DNA from: Balneolaceae bacterium
GTDB lineage: Bacteria; Bacteroidota; Rhodothermia; Balneolales; Balneolaceae
Assembly: GCA_041686215.1 (NCBI GenBank)
Contig: JAWLEH010000003.1
Span: 22,046 to 86,045 of the forward strand
Length of the DNA: 64,000 bases
Direction of reading: 5' to 3'
Shown here: positions 1-10,957 of the stretch, one piece after another
How positions within the stretch are numbered: the first letter of the stretch is position 1
How the letters are laid out: each line of letters begins with the position of its first letter
Made by a program: the position numbers and the translations under genes
Notes under the pieces: generated by a model
Told to the model about the DNA's origin: nothing
The model's input: the letters and a program-made list of their open reading frames with translations, nothing else
Databases searched by the model: none

Positions 1-762
1 CTCTTTTCCGCTGAAAAACTGAATGTCGTCAACAATCAGTACATCTATATTTCGATAGAACATCGAAAATTCGCTGGCCCGGTTGTTTCGGATTGCCTGC
101 ACGAACTCGTTTGTAAACGTTTCGGAAGAAACATAGAGAACAGAAAACTGGTCGCCAAAGTCCTGCTTAATTTTATTGCCGATGCTCTGCACAAGATGAG
201 TTTTTCCAAGGCCTGTTGTGCCGTACACAAAAAGCGGATTGAAAGAGTTTTTGCCCGGATTTTCGGCAATGGCCATAGCGGCAGAGCGCGCCAGGCGGTT
301 GCAGTCGCCTTCAATGTAGCGCTCAAACACGTAGTTGTCGTTCAGATTGGAATCTATGTTGGTTTTACGGATTCCGGGTATAACGAACGGATTCTCTATC
401 TTGCCGGGGTGATAATCACTGTAAGTATTCATCTCCTGCGGCTTTGATGGAGGGGAGGGCCGCTGCGGTAGATTAACGGAGCGGTTGTCTTCAAAGCGAT
501 CGGCTTTCTCTACCAAAACGGAATATTCCAGTTTACCCTCATCTCCTAAAACCTTGGCGATGGTGGATCGGAGCATATTATAATAGTGCTCTTCGAGCCA
601 CTCATACCAGAACTGGCTGGGTACCTGGATCGTAAGCGTACCATCCTGAAGTTTAACGGGCTTAATAGGTTCAAACCATGACTTAAACTTTTGATAGCTG
701 ATGTTATCCTGGATAATTTCCAGGCACTCATTCCAGGCATTTTCTGCAGTTACCGTATCCAA
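1..762 (-). CDS. dnaA: chromosomal replication initiator DnaA, N-terminal 254 codons; the rest lies beyond the left window edge
   Basis: Not on the ORF track because it is open at the window edge. My translation of the minus strand gives NPLFVYGTTGLGKTHLVQSI (Walker A, nt 240-181) and FYRNIDVLIVDDIQFFSGKE (Walker B, nt 60-1). The N-terminus reads (TTG)DTVTAENAWNECLEIIQDNISYQKFKSWFEPIKP. An in-frame TAA lies at 813-811. The first plausible start is TTG at 762-760, preceded by GGAGG at 776-772. No in-frame ATG or GTG lies upstream. Confidence 0.85.
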   Translation of the reverse strand, partial: MDTVTAENAWNECLEIIQDNISYQKFKSWFEPIKPVKLQDGTLTIQVPSQFWYEWLEEHYYNMLRSTIAKVLGDEGKLEYSVLVEKADRFEDNRSVNLPQRPSPPSKPQEMNTYSDYHPGKIENPFVIPGIRKTNIDSNLNDNYVFERYIEGDCNRLARSAAMAIAENPGKNSFNPLFVYGTTGLGKTHLVQSIGNKIKQDFGDQFSVLYVSSETFTNEFVQAIRNNRASEFSMFYRNIDVLIVDDIQFFSGKE

Positions 763-810
763 GCGTTTTGGCCTCCAAAATCTAATATCTTTAGAAAAAA
801 TCTCTTTTAG

Positions 811-819
811 TTATCCACA
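811..819 (+). promoter_or_regulatory. perfect DnaA box TTATCCACA
   Basis: Exact 9-mer TTATCCACA read directly at 811-819, about 50 nt upstream of the dnaA start. Confidence 0.7.
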
Positions 820-909
820 CGACATTTTTTTGTTTCTCTTCGTGCGACGGAAAGAAAATCTAAATTTATTTACCTGAAATCAAACGAATAAATGGGTGCG
901 CCGGTAAAG

Positions 910-918
910 TTATCCACA
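910..918 (+). promoter_or_regulatory. perfect DnaA box TTATCCACA
   Basis: Exact 9-mer TTATCCACA at 910-918, same orientation as the other boxes. Confidence 0.7.
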
Positions 919-1061
919 ATAGTCTTAACAATGTAACGTAATGCTGCACAATAAAATGTGGGTTTTTACAAAAAACACCCACATTTCGCTTGACAGCACG
1001 TAACAATTCTCTAACAATGATTTTACACCAAAGGCATAAACCGAATCGGCAGTAAAAAAAC

Positions 1062-1081
1062 TTTTCCACAAGTTATCCACA
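1062..1081 (+). promoter_or_regulatory. adjacent pair of DnaA boxes: TTTTCCACA (one mismatch) and TTATCCACA (perfect)
   Basis: cTTTTCCACAagTTATCCACAtc read directly. The variant box is at 1062-1070 and the perfect box at 1073-1081, in the same orientation. Confidence 0.65.
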
Positions 1082-1154
1082 TCAGGAAAAACGCGCTGTT
1101 GCGCACTAACCGGGACGTGTATTCTTTAGGTGTAAATGCGCACTATGGGTACAA

Positions 1155-2027
1155 TTAGCTTGAAGGCACTGCGGTTAGAAACCTGGGATTTTTATCGAGG
1201 TCGTTGTAAAGTTTTGCGGAAGGGTAGGTATTCAGCGCAATATTGTGGATATCACCGGCAAGCCGGTCGTTCAACTCAAGGAATAGAGTAGAGGTGCATT
1301 GATGGGCATATTGTATAACCGACCGGTATACATCCAGCGGATTTTCGTGAAATAGTGCTTTCCCGGGTTCATATTCTGTTACCTGGGGTTCAAGGCCCGC
1401 CCGTTCTTTCGGGGCAATGTACGGAGGGTTTGAAACAATAATATCCCAGCCACCTTTTGGGCTGTCCAGAGATCCCGGGTTGAAGAGGTCTCCGTGAACA
1501 AACTGAACATCCAGCTGATTATGGTTTGCATTAGCTGATGCAACGGAGAGTGCCTTATCGGAAATATCGGTTCCGGTGCAGTGCCAGGCCGGCCGGAATT
1601 TTTTTACAGCAAGGGCAATACATCCGCTGCCTGTACCAATGTCCAAGAGGGAGAGAGGTTCATCTTCAGCGTGAGAGGTTTGGTCCAATAATAATTCAAC
1701 CAGCTGCTCCGTTTCGATCCGCGGAATAAGCACAGAAGGCTCAACCCGGATGTGGAGCCCCATAAAATTTGCAGATCCGGTTATATACTGAAGGGGCTCA
1801 TGGCCGGCCCGCCTTTTGATGAGTGGTCGCAGGGTATTAAGTTCAGCGGATGAAAGCGGCCGTTCGTACTGCAGGTACAGGTCAAGGCGCTTGCAGTTAA
1901 GTACATCGGCCAGCAGCCACTCTATACTGTGCCTTGGATCTGGAATCTTCTTCTCCTTGAAGAAGCCCGTAGTCCACTCCAGCATTCTAAGCACTGTCCA
2001 AAGTTCAGTGTCCTGTTTATCGGCCAT
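1155..2027 (-). CDS. prmC: peptide chain release factor N5-glutamine methyltransferase
   Basis: 290-aa ORF with the SAM-binding motif LLDIGTGSGCIA and the catalytic NPPY motif (IVSNPPYI) typical of HemK/PrmC. Confidence 0.85.
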   Translation of the reverse strand: MADKQDTELWTVLRMLEWTTGFFKEKKIPDPRHSIEWLLADVLNCKRLDLYLQYERPLSSAELNTLRPLIKRRAGHEPLQYITGSANFMGLHIRVEPSVLIPRIETEQLVELLLDQTSHAEDEPLSLLDIGTGSGCIALAVKKFRPAWHCTGTDISDKALSVASANANHNQLDVQFVHGDLFNPGSLDSPKGGWDIIVSNPPYIAPKERAGLEPQVTEYEPGKALFHENPLDVYRSVIQYAHQCTSTLFLELNDRLAGDIHNIALNTYPSAKLYNDLDKNPRFLTAVPSS

Positions 2028-2062
2028 AAAGTAGCTGGATAGAACCGCTGTTAGTTAAACGG

Positions 2063-2458
2063 CTATTCGTCTTCGTCTTCTGCAGGCTTGTCAACCTCTT
2101 CTTGCAGGGAAAGTCCAAAACGTTTTGAAAAGTCCATAATAAAGTTCACTACATCTGCTTCAATATTATGCTCTTCAGAAAGAGAGCTGCCGCGGAAGCC
2201 CATTCTTCCCCCCGCTTTTTTCAGCTCTACACGATTCTGTTTTGATGTGCATTCAATCACACATGTAAGTGTGATTGTTGCGTTAATTTGTTTTTCGTAC
2301 TGCTCGTAAACGGCTACGTGTACCTCGTCGTTATTGGCAGGAGAAGTATATTGATACAGATATTTTGGCTCAACATCTTCAAATAATTTGGGAGCCATGC
2401 GGCGCAGCGTGGTCTGCGGGCCGTAAACCAAATATTTAGTGACAGAATTCATAAACAA
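2063..2458 (-). CDS. hypothetical protein with acidic C-terminal tail
   Basis: 131-aa ORF with no motif I recognise. The tail is DKPAEDEDE. It sits in a plausible slot between prmC and an AT-rich promoter-like region. Confidence 0.4.
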   Translation of the reverse strand: MFMNSVTKYLVYGPQTTLRRMAPKLFEDVEPKYLYQYTSPANNDEVHVAVYEQYEKQINATITLTCVIECTSKQNRVELKKAGGRMGFRGSSLSEEHNIEADVVNFIMDFSKRFGLSLQEEVDKPAEDEDE

Positions 2459-2637
2459 AACCAGTTGATTTGCAAAAAAGTACGGCGAATTTTCTGCCTG
2501 AATAAAAGCCTAAATCAAACAATAATCAAATAGAGTGTGAAAAGTTTTTGTATAACATTTTTATATTATCCTTTATGAATGCAATGCTAAGGCGCTCAAA
2601 CACGTTGCAGAATAAAATCATAAGCCAATAAATCATC

Positions 2638-3465
2638 ATGTTCCCAAAACAGTTACATCTTCTCTTTGTATTCATTCTATTGCTGGTATTCGGGTACTCA
2701 CAAAATGCTTTCTCCCAGATAGAGGAGCCCGAATTACGTGTAGAAGAACGAACCAGTACACCGTTGCCTCAGCTCTACAGTTCCGGACTCACCTTCGATG
2801 TACTGTTTAACAACTTTGGTTTTGGGCTTGGCGGCCAATACCGTAAAGTGATTGCCGACCAGGCAGAGGGGTTTCTTAACCTTCGGGTTACGGGGTTGCG
2901 TGATGCATCTGAACAAACGTTTACGGATGTATTTTTTGGCCAGCAGGTAGTGCCGAATAAATACCAGCGAGCATTTGCGTTCCCGGCAATGCTGGGAGTT
3001 CGTAAACGATTATTTGCAAATCGTGTTCAGGAGAGCTACCGGTTTTTTGTTTCTGCTTCTGCCGGCGGTGTGGCAGCATTTTCGTACCCGTATTTTGACG
3101 ATCAAAACAACAACGGGTTTCGGGAACAGTTCAACAATTACTTTGAGCAGGTGAATGATGTTTTTACAGGATGGAGTGAAGGGGACTGGCACTTTGGTGG
3201 TGCCGGTGAACTTAAAATCGGTTTGGATTTCGGGCGCAACTTCAGCGGTGTGACTTCTGTTGAGTTTGGATACTACGCCTACTACTTCCCGGACGGTATA
3301 CAGATGATGATGCCAAAACAGCCCGATCTTCTCGAAAATGTGATGCCGGGCCAAAATCGTTTTCAAACGGATGACGACGGAAATCTTCTTCTGGAGCCCT
3401 TTTTTGATTCCCAGAAATTTTTTGGTACTCCGCAGCTTACGTTTACATTTGGTAAGCTCTGGTAA
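2638..3465 (+). CDS. hypothetical secreted protein, probable outer-membrane beta-barrel
   Basis: 275 aa with an N-terminal hydrophobic signal-like segment (LLFVFILLLVFGYSQNAFSQ). It is aromatic/Gly-rich with alternating patterns and has a C-terminal aromatic end ...LTFTFGKLW. Confidence 0.45.
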   Translation: MFPKQLHLLFVFILLLVFGYSQNAFSQIEEPELRVEERTSTPLPQLYSSGLTFDVLFNNFGFGLGGQYRKVIADQAEGFLNLRVTGLRDASEQTFTDVFFGQQVVPNKYQRAFAFPAMLGVRKRLFANRVQESYRFFVSASAGGVAAFSYPYFDDQNNNGFREQFNNYFEQVNDVFTGWSEGDWHFGGAGELKIGLDFGRNFSGVTSVEFGYYAYYFPDGIQMMMPKQPDLLENVMPGQNRFQTDDDGNLLLEPFFDSQKFFGTPQLTFTFGKLW

Positions 3466-3483
3466 TTGACGGCAATAAGGGCA

Positions 3484-4170
3484 TCAGATATCGAATCCAA
3501 GCGTGGGAAGCCATCCGGCGGGGTTCTCAAGTGAATCTAAAATGAGGTCGGGTTGATGCCTCCGGAGCTCATCATGACTGAACCCGCCTGTTGTAACTGC
3601 TACAGATTTTGCCCCGAAATGTTTAGCGCAGTGAATGTCGTTTGGCGTATCTCCTATCACAACATATCTGCCCGGCATTGGGGAATAACCGTATAAACTG
3701 CAATACTCTTCGTGTGCTCCGCCGGGCAGATGATTGCGATCGGCGGATATTTCACCAAAACCACCAAACTTAAAAATATTTTGCAGGCCTGCCGTTTCAA
3801 CTTTTTTCATTGCAACCTCCCTGAAATTTCCCGTACACAGCCCAACCGCAAAACCCGCTTCAACTGCTGCATGCACTGACCTGAGGGCCTCATCAAACAA
3901 GTCCATATGATTTCGCGTTAAGTGTTGAAGCATCACACCGGAATAAGCCTGCTTCAGCCGATCAAAAAGGTCATCTGAACCGGGAGAATGGTTAATCAAT
4001 TCCATGAAGATGCCCCGGTCTGTTCGTCCGGCAAAGGACCGGGTTGAATTCTCGGGGATCTGAAGCCCAAATTTTTGAAGCTGTTCTTCAATCAGGTCAA
4101 ACAGGAACTCGCGATGCACTTTCAGCAGGGTTCCGTCGATATCATATAACAAAATGGGTGATTCTTGCAT
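3484..4170 (-). CDS. HAD-superfamily hydrolase (phosphoglycolate phosphatase-like)
   Basis: 228 aa with HAD motif I LYDIDGTLL and motif IV GDTPNDIHCAKHFGAKSVAVTTG. Confidence 0.75.
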   Translation of the reverse strand: MQESPILLYDIDGTLLKVHREFLFDLIEEQLQKFGLQIPENSTRSFAGRTDRGIFMELINHSPGSDDLFDRLKQAYSGVMLQHLTRNHMDLFDEALRSVHAAVEAGFAVGLCTGNFREVAMKKVETAGLQNIFKFGGFGEISADRNHLPGGAHEEYCSLYGYSPMPGRYVVIGDTPNDIHCAKHFGAKSVAVTTGGFSHDELRRHQPDLILDSLENPAGWLPTLGFDI

Positions 4171-4224
4171 GGGCTTACCACTTTATAGAGATCAATATTA
4201 ACAGTACATTGCAGAAACAATTAA

Positions 4225-5535
<1,311 letters not shown>

Positions 5536-5567
5536 GTATTATTTTCCATCCAACGGCAGCCTAATCA

Positions 5568-5595
5568 AGCCCCGGCAATTGCCGGGGCTTTTTTC
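5568..5595 (+). terminator. rho-independent terminator after eno
   Basis: agccccggc-aatt-gccggggct forms a perfect 9-bp GC-rich stem, followed by ttttt. Confidence 0.8.
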
Positions 5596-5650
5596 GTTAA
5601 AGAAAATACCAACGATTCGTTGCGGGGGCTAAAATTGTTATCTTTCCGCA

Positions 5651-6781
5651 ATGCGTATTAACCGTCTGAAACTTCATAATTTTAGAAATCATACCGATTC
5701 GGAAATCACCTTTGCTCCTCACCTGAACCTGATAACAGGAAAGAACGGGGCAGGAAAAACCAATGTGATTGACGCAATTCACTACTTGTGCATGAGCCGT
5801 AGCTTTGTAGCTTCAAGCGACCAGTATGTAGCCAACTGGGATGAAAAATATTTTATGATTGAGGGAGATTTTGAAGGTGAGATCCGCCATTCCTTTAAGG
5901 TATCGTGCAGCTACTCCAGGGGAGACGGGAAGAAAATCTTTGTGAATGACAGCCCGCTCAAGCGCCTGTCTGACCTGATTGGGATGGTGCCGGTTGTGGT
6001 AATGAGTCCCGGAGATTTGAAACTGACTGCAGAAGGGCCTGCCGAAAGACGATCCTTTCTGGATAGTATGATCAGCCAGATTTCTACAAAATATCTCAGG
6101 GATTTGATGCAGTACAGGCATATTCGCAGGCAGCGCAATAAGTTGCTTCAGGAGTTCAGGGGCCCCCGGCAGATGCTTGAAACCTACCTTGAGCCATGGA
6201 GCCGGCAGCTGGTTGAAACCGGCGCGCGGCTGATCGCAAAACGGGCCGGCGTGTTGAAACAGTTTAAGCGTTACCTGGAGTATCAGTACAGAACCATCTC
6301 GGAACTAAAGCTGAAACCCGGGCTTACCTACCAAACCATAACTGATGAAACTGAAAGTACTGAGCAAATTAAGGAAGTATTCACCAATCTGATTCAGCAG
6401 AACCTGGAAAAAGAGATAGAGCGGGAGCAAACACTCTACGGCCCTCACCGGGATGAAGTAGTGTTTTACCTGGATGATATGGAGCTGCGAAATTTTGGGT
6501 CTCAGGGCCAACACCGGCTCTTCTCCATGGCGCTGAAAATGGGGCAGCTCTTTTATTACAGCGATGAGCTGGATGATCTGCCGATTATGCTTCTGGATGA
6601 TCTTTTTGGAAACCTGGACCAGCAAAAAGTGACAATTATTATGGAAACACTGACAAAACATTCCGGGCAAACGTTTATAACTTCTGCCGCGGAGAAACCT
6701 TTTTTAAAATCTCAGTTTAAAAACAGATCTTCCAACAGCTGGTATAAAGTAGAAGATGGCAACATTCACCTGAAATACTGA
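5651..6781 (+). CDS. recF: DNA replication and repair protein RecF
   Basis: 376 aa. The N-terminus is MRINRLKLHNFRNH, the Walker A motif is GKNGAGKTN, and the C-terminal region reads LLDDLFGNLD. Confidence 0.9.
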   Translation: MRINRLKLHNFRNHTDSEITFAPHLNLITGKNGAGKTNVIDAIHYLCMSRSFVASSDQYVANWDEKYFMIEGDFEGEIRHSFKVSCSYSRGDGKKIFVNDSPLKRLSDLIGMVPVVVMSPGDLKLTAEGPAERRSFLDSMISQISTKYLRDLMQYRHIRRQRNKLLQEFRGPRQMLETYLEPWSRQLVETGARLIAKRAGVLKQFKRYLEYQYRTISELKLKPGLTYQTITDETESTEQIKEVFTNLIQQNLEKEIEREQTLYGPHRDEVVFYLDDMELRNFGSQGQHRLFSMALKMGQLFYYSDELDDLPIMLLDDLFGNLDQQKVTIIMETLTKHSGQTFITSAAEKPFLKSQFKNRSSNSWYKVEDGNIHLKY

Positions 6782-6783
6782 TT

Positions 6784-7083
6784 ATGGCCTTTGGCAATAA
6801 ACCACAATCGATGGATAAGCTTCTGAAGGAATTTATGAAGCGCATTCCCCACCGCACCAAGCTGCAGCGGGGCATGGTGCTGCACGTATGGCCGGATATC
6901 GTGGGGGATAAAATTGCAGGAGTAAGTAAAAATCTTCACTTTGAAGGAAACCGGCTTGTTGTAGAGGTGAGCAACAGCGCGTGGAGGCACGAAATCCACA
7001 TGAACCGTTTTTCTATTGCAAAGCGTCTGAATGACAAAGTGGGCAGCAAAGTAGTGAAAGAAATCATCGTCAGAGCATCATGA
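6784..7083 (+). CDS. DUF721 (DciA-like) protein
   Basis: 99 aa, starting 3 nt after the recF stop. The pattern WPDIVGDKIAGVSKNLHFEGNRLVVEVSNSAWRHEI matches my recollection of the DUF721/DciA family, which commonly follows recF. Confidence 0.65.
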   Translation: MAFGNKPQSMDKLLKEFMKRIPHRTKLQRGMVLHVWPDIVGDKIAGVSKNLHFEGNRLVVEVSNSAWRHEIHMNRFSIAKRLNDKVGSKVVKEIIVRAS

Positions 7084-7102
7084 AAAACTGTATTTTATCA
7101 GA

Positions 7103-8104
7103 ATGAGCGTGTTTACAAATATACAAGAAAGAATCAGCCATTTCTTTTCCAGCCGGTGGGGGCTGGATGAAGACGATGACTCCAAAACCTTTTCCCGTCA
7201 TAAGGTGCTTGCGTTTACATTTGCGATGCTTTTTTCGATTGCGCTTTGGTTTATTGTGAACATGGGCCGCGATTATAATATGACCATGATGCTTCCCATA
7301 CAGGTAACCAACCTGCCGGATGACATTGCGCTGAGTTCCGAAGTTCCGGATAATGCAGCGGTTAGTGTGAGTGGTGAGGGCTGGAGCCTGTTTAATCTCT
7401 ACATTAACCCGCCGCAGATAACGCTGGACATTGAAGCGCAGCAGGTAAACATGTTCGAGCAGGTACGCCAGCAGGTTAGTTCAATGTCTGACGTGAGTGT
7501 GATGCAGGTTGATCCCATGTTTCTTGAGATTGAAACTGAGATGAGAACTTCGAAAACCGTTCCCGTCCGTTCACGTGTGAATATTATCACAGAAAACCAG
7601 TACGGCATACTGGGTTCCCCGGAAATTTCGCCGGATAGTATTTCTATTTCAGGACCTGCATCACGCGTGGAAGAGATAGATGAATGGGGAACGGACGAAT
7701 CCGAAATTGATGACGTTAATTCTGATGTTGAGATTACTCTCGATCTGGAGTCGCCCCCTCCCGGCATATCTGTAAGTCCGGCACAGGTAGCATTCCGGGC
7801 GGAAGTTGCTGAATTTACGGAAGCAGAAGTTCGTATTCCGGTGCGTACACGCGGTCTCCCGCCGGGCCGGGCTGTTTCGTTTTCGCCATCCTCAATTCTT
7901 GTGCGGTATAACGTGCCGCTTGATCAGTACAATGAGGTGCAAGAGATACGCCCCTTTGTTGCATACGTAGATTTCGAAAGGCTGGAGCAGGATACAACAG
8001 GTCTCATATCGCCACAACTGGAGCGGGTAACGGACGAATATGATGTGCGGCTGAGAAATTTTCAGCCCACCCGGGTTTCGTATTTTAACGTGCTGCCAGA
8101 TTAA
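7103..8104 (+). CDS. YbbR-like domain-containing protein
   Basis: 333 aa with one N-terminal TM segment (VLAFTFAMLFSIALWFIV). It then shows repeated V-P-V ... P-x-x-V-x-V/I-x-G-P modules such as TVPVRSRVNI...PDSISISGPASRVEEI. Assignment is by pattern only. Confidence 0.5.
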   Translation: MSVFTNIQERISHFFSSRWGLDEDDDSKTFSRHKVLAFTFAMLFSIALWFIVNMGRDYNMTMMLPIQVTNLPDDIALSSEVPDNAAVSVSGEGWSLFNLYINPPQITLDIEAQQVNMFEQVRQQVSSMSDVSVMQVDPMFLEIETEMRTSKTVPVRSRVNIITENQYGILGSPEISPDSISISGPASRVEEIDEWGTDESEIDDVNSDVEITLDLESPPPGISVSPAQVAFRAEVAEFTEAEVRIPVRTRGLPPGRAVSFSPSSILVRYNVPLDQYNEVQEIRPFVAYVDFERLEQDTTGLISPQLERVTDEYDVRLRNFQPTRVSYFNVLPD

Positions 8105-8207
8105 TGTAGAAATCAAAGGGGGCGTCACCTGCCGGTTACGGATTATTCCGTTTCCCGACAGTTCAGAATTGCCGCATCGCTTGATTAAAACTGCCGCCGC
8201 TCAGGTA

Positions 8208-9509
8208 TCAGGTAGCCTCTGCCATAGTCTTCTCAAACGGTTTGATCACATCTTCAATATCCCGTGTACCGTTGAAAAAGGAGAGGATTTTCAGAAGCAC
8301 TTCGTCTACTAAAATATCCGGGCAGGAGGCGCCGGATGTGAGAGCGATTTTAAGATCCGGTTTGTCGACCGGTAGCCAATCCCGGGTCTGGTTCATCTCC
8401 TTATCCCACTGGTTGAAATGGAGGATTTCACCGGGAGAATCAAATTCATTGGCATCCCGGATATGAAATGTGGGACAATGGTGCTCAAGTATTTCCACGA
8501 GGTGCATAGTATTTGAAGAATTGTAGCCGCCAACCACAATTGCAAGATCAGGCTCTGCATCGGCAAGCTGGTATGTGGCGGACTGATTCTCGTTGGTGGC
8601 GTAGCAGAGCGTATCTGATGTATCGGCAAAATGATTTTGAACCTCCTCTCTGCCGAATCGTTTTTCAGCAGCCTCTTTTAAAATGTTCATCACTTTCTGG
8701 GTTTCCGTAGCCAGCATGGTGGTTTGATTAATCACACCAAAAAACTCGAGATCTTCCAGCGGGTTGAATCCATCCGTGCTTTTATGGCCAAAATAGGTTT
8801 CAAAATCGTCCAGGGGCCGGTCTTCTGTCATAATCTCCGCGAGAATAGTTGCTTCCTCCGGGTTTAAAACTACTACCGCCGAGGAGTGATCCGCACTGTG
8901 TGAGAAGGTTGCCCGGGTTTCTTCATGGCGGTGTTTACCGTGAATCACCAGGCTGTATCCCTTTTTACCAAGCTGATTTCCCCGCTTCCAAACCTTTTCA
9001 ACAAACGGGCATGTGGTGTTATATTGGTAGGGGTCAATGCCGCGCTTCTGTAATTTTTCCTGAATTTCAAGTGTGGTGCCAAAGGCAGGTACAATCACAA
9101 TATCATCAGAACTGAGCGATTCAATTGAGATGCGCTCTGTGCCGTCCGTATCAAACAGAAACCGTACTCCCTTATCCAGCAGGTCTTCATTTACTGTGGG
9201 GTTGTGAATCATCTCACTCAGCAGGTAAATATTTTTACCGGGGTTCGATTCTACCGTGCGATAGGCAATATCAATAGCATTTTCCACGCCGTAACAAAAC
9301 CCGAAATGCCGCGGAATTAATACCGTCAGCGGACCAAAATCCAATTCGGTGGGGCTCAGCTCTTTTTTTCGCGGGTCCAAAACTTTGTTCGCCTCCTTCA
9401 CCTTTCGTATGATCGGTGAACGATACATTTTAGGGATGTCGAATGTTTTGCGTGCCATATAAAAATCGGTTGTAGCGACATTGTTCGGTTGAAATATACG
9501 ATCTTTCAT
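8208..9509 (-). CDS. ispH: 4-hydroxy-3-methylbut-2-enyl diphosphate reductase (long form)
   Basis: 433 aa containing FGFCYGVENAI, HGKHRHEETRATF, VINQTTM, DTLCYATNENQ and VVGGYNSSNTMHL. These parallel the conserved IspH/LytB blocks that carry the three Fe-S cysteines. Confidence 0.85.
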   Translation of the reverse strand: MKDRIFQPNNVATTDFYMARKTFDIPKMYRSPIIRKVKEANKVLDPRKKELSPTELDFGPLTVLIPRHFGFCYGVENAIDIAYRTVESNPGKNIYLLSEMIHNPTVNEDLLDKGVRFLFDTDGTERISIESLSSDDIVIVPAFGTTLEIQEKLQKRGIDPYQYNTTCPFVEKVWKRGNQLGKKGYSLVIHGKHRHEETRATFSHSADHSSAVVVLNPEEATILAEIMTEDRPLDDFETYFGHKSTDGFNPLEDLEFFGVINQTTMLATETQKVMNILKEAAEKRFGREEVQNHFADTSDTLCYATNENQSATYQLADAEPDLAIVVGGYNSSNTMHLVEILEHHCPTFHIRDANEFDSPGEILHFNQWDKEMNQTRDWLPVDKPDLKIALTSGASCPDILVDEVLLKILSFFNGTRDIEDVIKPFEKTMAEAT

Positions 9510-9536
9510 TTAAAACACCGCAGGCTGGTAAATGAT

Positions 9537-10274
9537 TCAGCGCTTCTTGCGGTTTAAAAATGCTTCAACCCGCTGCTGGTGTTCAGCGCTTTCCCAGAAC
9601 CGGGTGAATGGGTCTGTTTCCTGTTCAAAACCGGAAAAGGACGCGCTGGACTTTAGATATTCAATAAATGTACGATCGTTCATCGTCAGGCTTTCGGTGA
9701 TTTTTTTAAGCCCGGTTTGATACTCTGCAGGGGCAAGCACCTGGTTAACAAATCCGGATTTTAATGCTTCTTGAGCGGGCAATATTCGCTGCGTGGCAAG
9801 CCAGAAAAGGGCGGTTTTCCAGGGAACCAGTTGCCGGAGACTTGCAATGCCACCCCATCCGGGTGGCAGGTAAAATTTACCCTGGGTGAACCCGATATTT
9901 ACATCACTGCGGGCAATTCTAAAATCAAATGAAGCGGCAATTTCCCAGCCCCCGCCATAGGTATCACCGTTAATGGCGGCAAGCGTCCAGAACGGCAGGC
10001 CTCTTATGCGGTTTAGGATATGTAGCATTCGTTCGGTCATCTCCCGGGCTTCATCCGCACGTTTTATTTGATGAAATTCTCTCAGATCTCCGCCGGAGAT
10101 GAAGCTGCCTTCTGAGCCTGTGAGAATAAACAGGCGGGTTTTTGCATCGGATTCCAGGTCATCAAGAATTGCCTCTATCTGATCCATCCACTCAAAGTTT
10201 ACCGCATTTTTGGTTTCAGGATAGTGTATGGTTGCTGTCAGGTGGGTGCCGTTTCGTTCAGTGCGTATACTCAT
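9537..10274 (-). CDS. enoyl-CoA hydratase/isomerase (crotonase) family protein
   Basis: 245 aa with FISGGDLREF and AAINGDTYGGGWEIAASFDFRIA, the crotonase oxyanion-hole pattern. Confidence 0.75.
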   Translation of the reverse strand: MSIRTERNGTHLTATIHYPETKNAVNFEWMDQIEAILDDLESDAKTRLFILTGSEGSFISGGDLREFHQIKRADEAREMTERMLHILNRIRGLPFWTLAAINGDTYGGGWEIAASFDFRIARSDVNIGFTQGKFYLPPGWGGIASLRQLVPWKTALFWLATQRILPAQEALKSGFVNQVLAPAEYQTGLKKITESLTMNDRTFIEYLKSSASFSGFEQETDPFTRFWESAEHQQRVEAFLNRKKR

Positions 10275-10291
10275 AAGATGGTTGTTGTGTG

Positions 10292-10618
10292 TTAGCCGGC
10301 TACAGAATCTCGCAGCCAGTTAAGATAGTCGGCATTCCCTTCTTTAACGGATAGCGGGAGGGAAATCACGCAAGGCACATCGTAGCTGTGGTGAGACTTG
10401 ATAGATTGAGTAACTTTCGGCACCATCTCTTGTGTGGTTTTTACCAGGAGAACACACTCGTTATCAGATTGCACTTCGCCGTTCCACCAATAGAGTGACT
10501 CCATTCCGTCTATGATATTTACACAGGCACAGAGCTTGTTTTTCACTAAAACAGACCCAATATCACGTGCTTGCTGTTTGCTTGATGTTGTTACGTATAA
10601 GATTCTGAGATTTTCCAT
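10292..10618 (-). CDS. cutA: divalent-cation tolerance protein CutA
   Basis: 108 aa with LCACVNII, SLYWWNGEV, VLLVKTT and HSYDVPCVISLP, the typical CutA1 pattern. Confidence 0.85.
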   Translation of the reverse strand: MENLRILYVTTSSKQQARDIGSVLVKNKLCACVNIIDGMESLYWWNGEVQSDNECVLLVKTTQEMVPKVTQSIKSHHSYDVPCVISLPLSVKEGNADYLNWLRDSVAG

Positions 10619-10821
10619 CGTTTTATCCGTATATAATTTCTAATGGACACTTTTCGGGAACATTTGCCACCCTGCCAATCACGATTGCATAAAAAAATGT
10701 TGAAACCATCGTTGCCTGATCGAAGCGGGAAATAAAAGAACGCCGCTGGTTGAACTACGATGAAAATAACCGTAATTTGATAGGCTCTGATTCAAAAATT
10801 TAATCATATAATATACCGTAT

Positions 10822-10908
<87 letters not shown>

Positions 10909-10957
10909 TATTTTCCAATCCTATCGTAACTTACCAACTTAAATAAACAAAGAACAA

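Noticed and set aside
45-740. Track ORFs 45-326 (-), 196-447 (+) and 546-740 (-) at the left edge.
   Set aside because: They are out of frame with, or antisense to, the open-ended dnaA reading frame. I verified that frame by direct translation (Walker A/B motifs). The 546-740 ORF is the +1 frame of the dnaA N-terminus.
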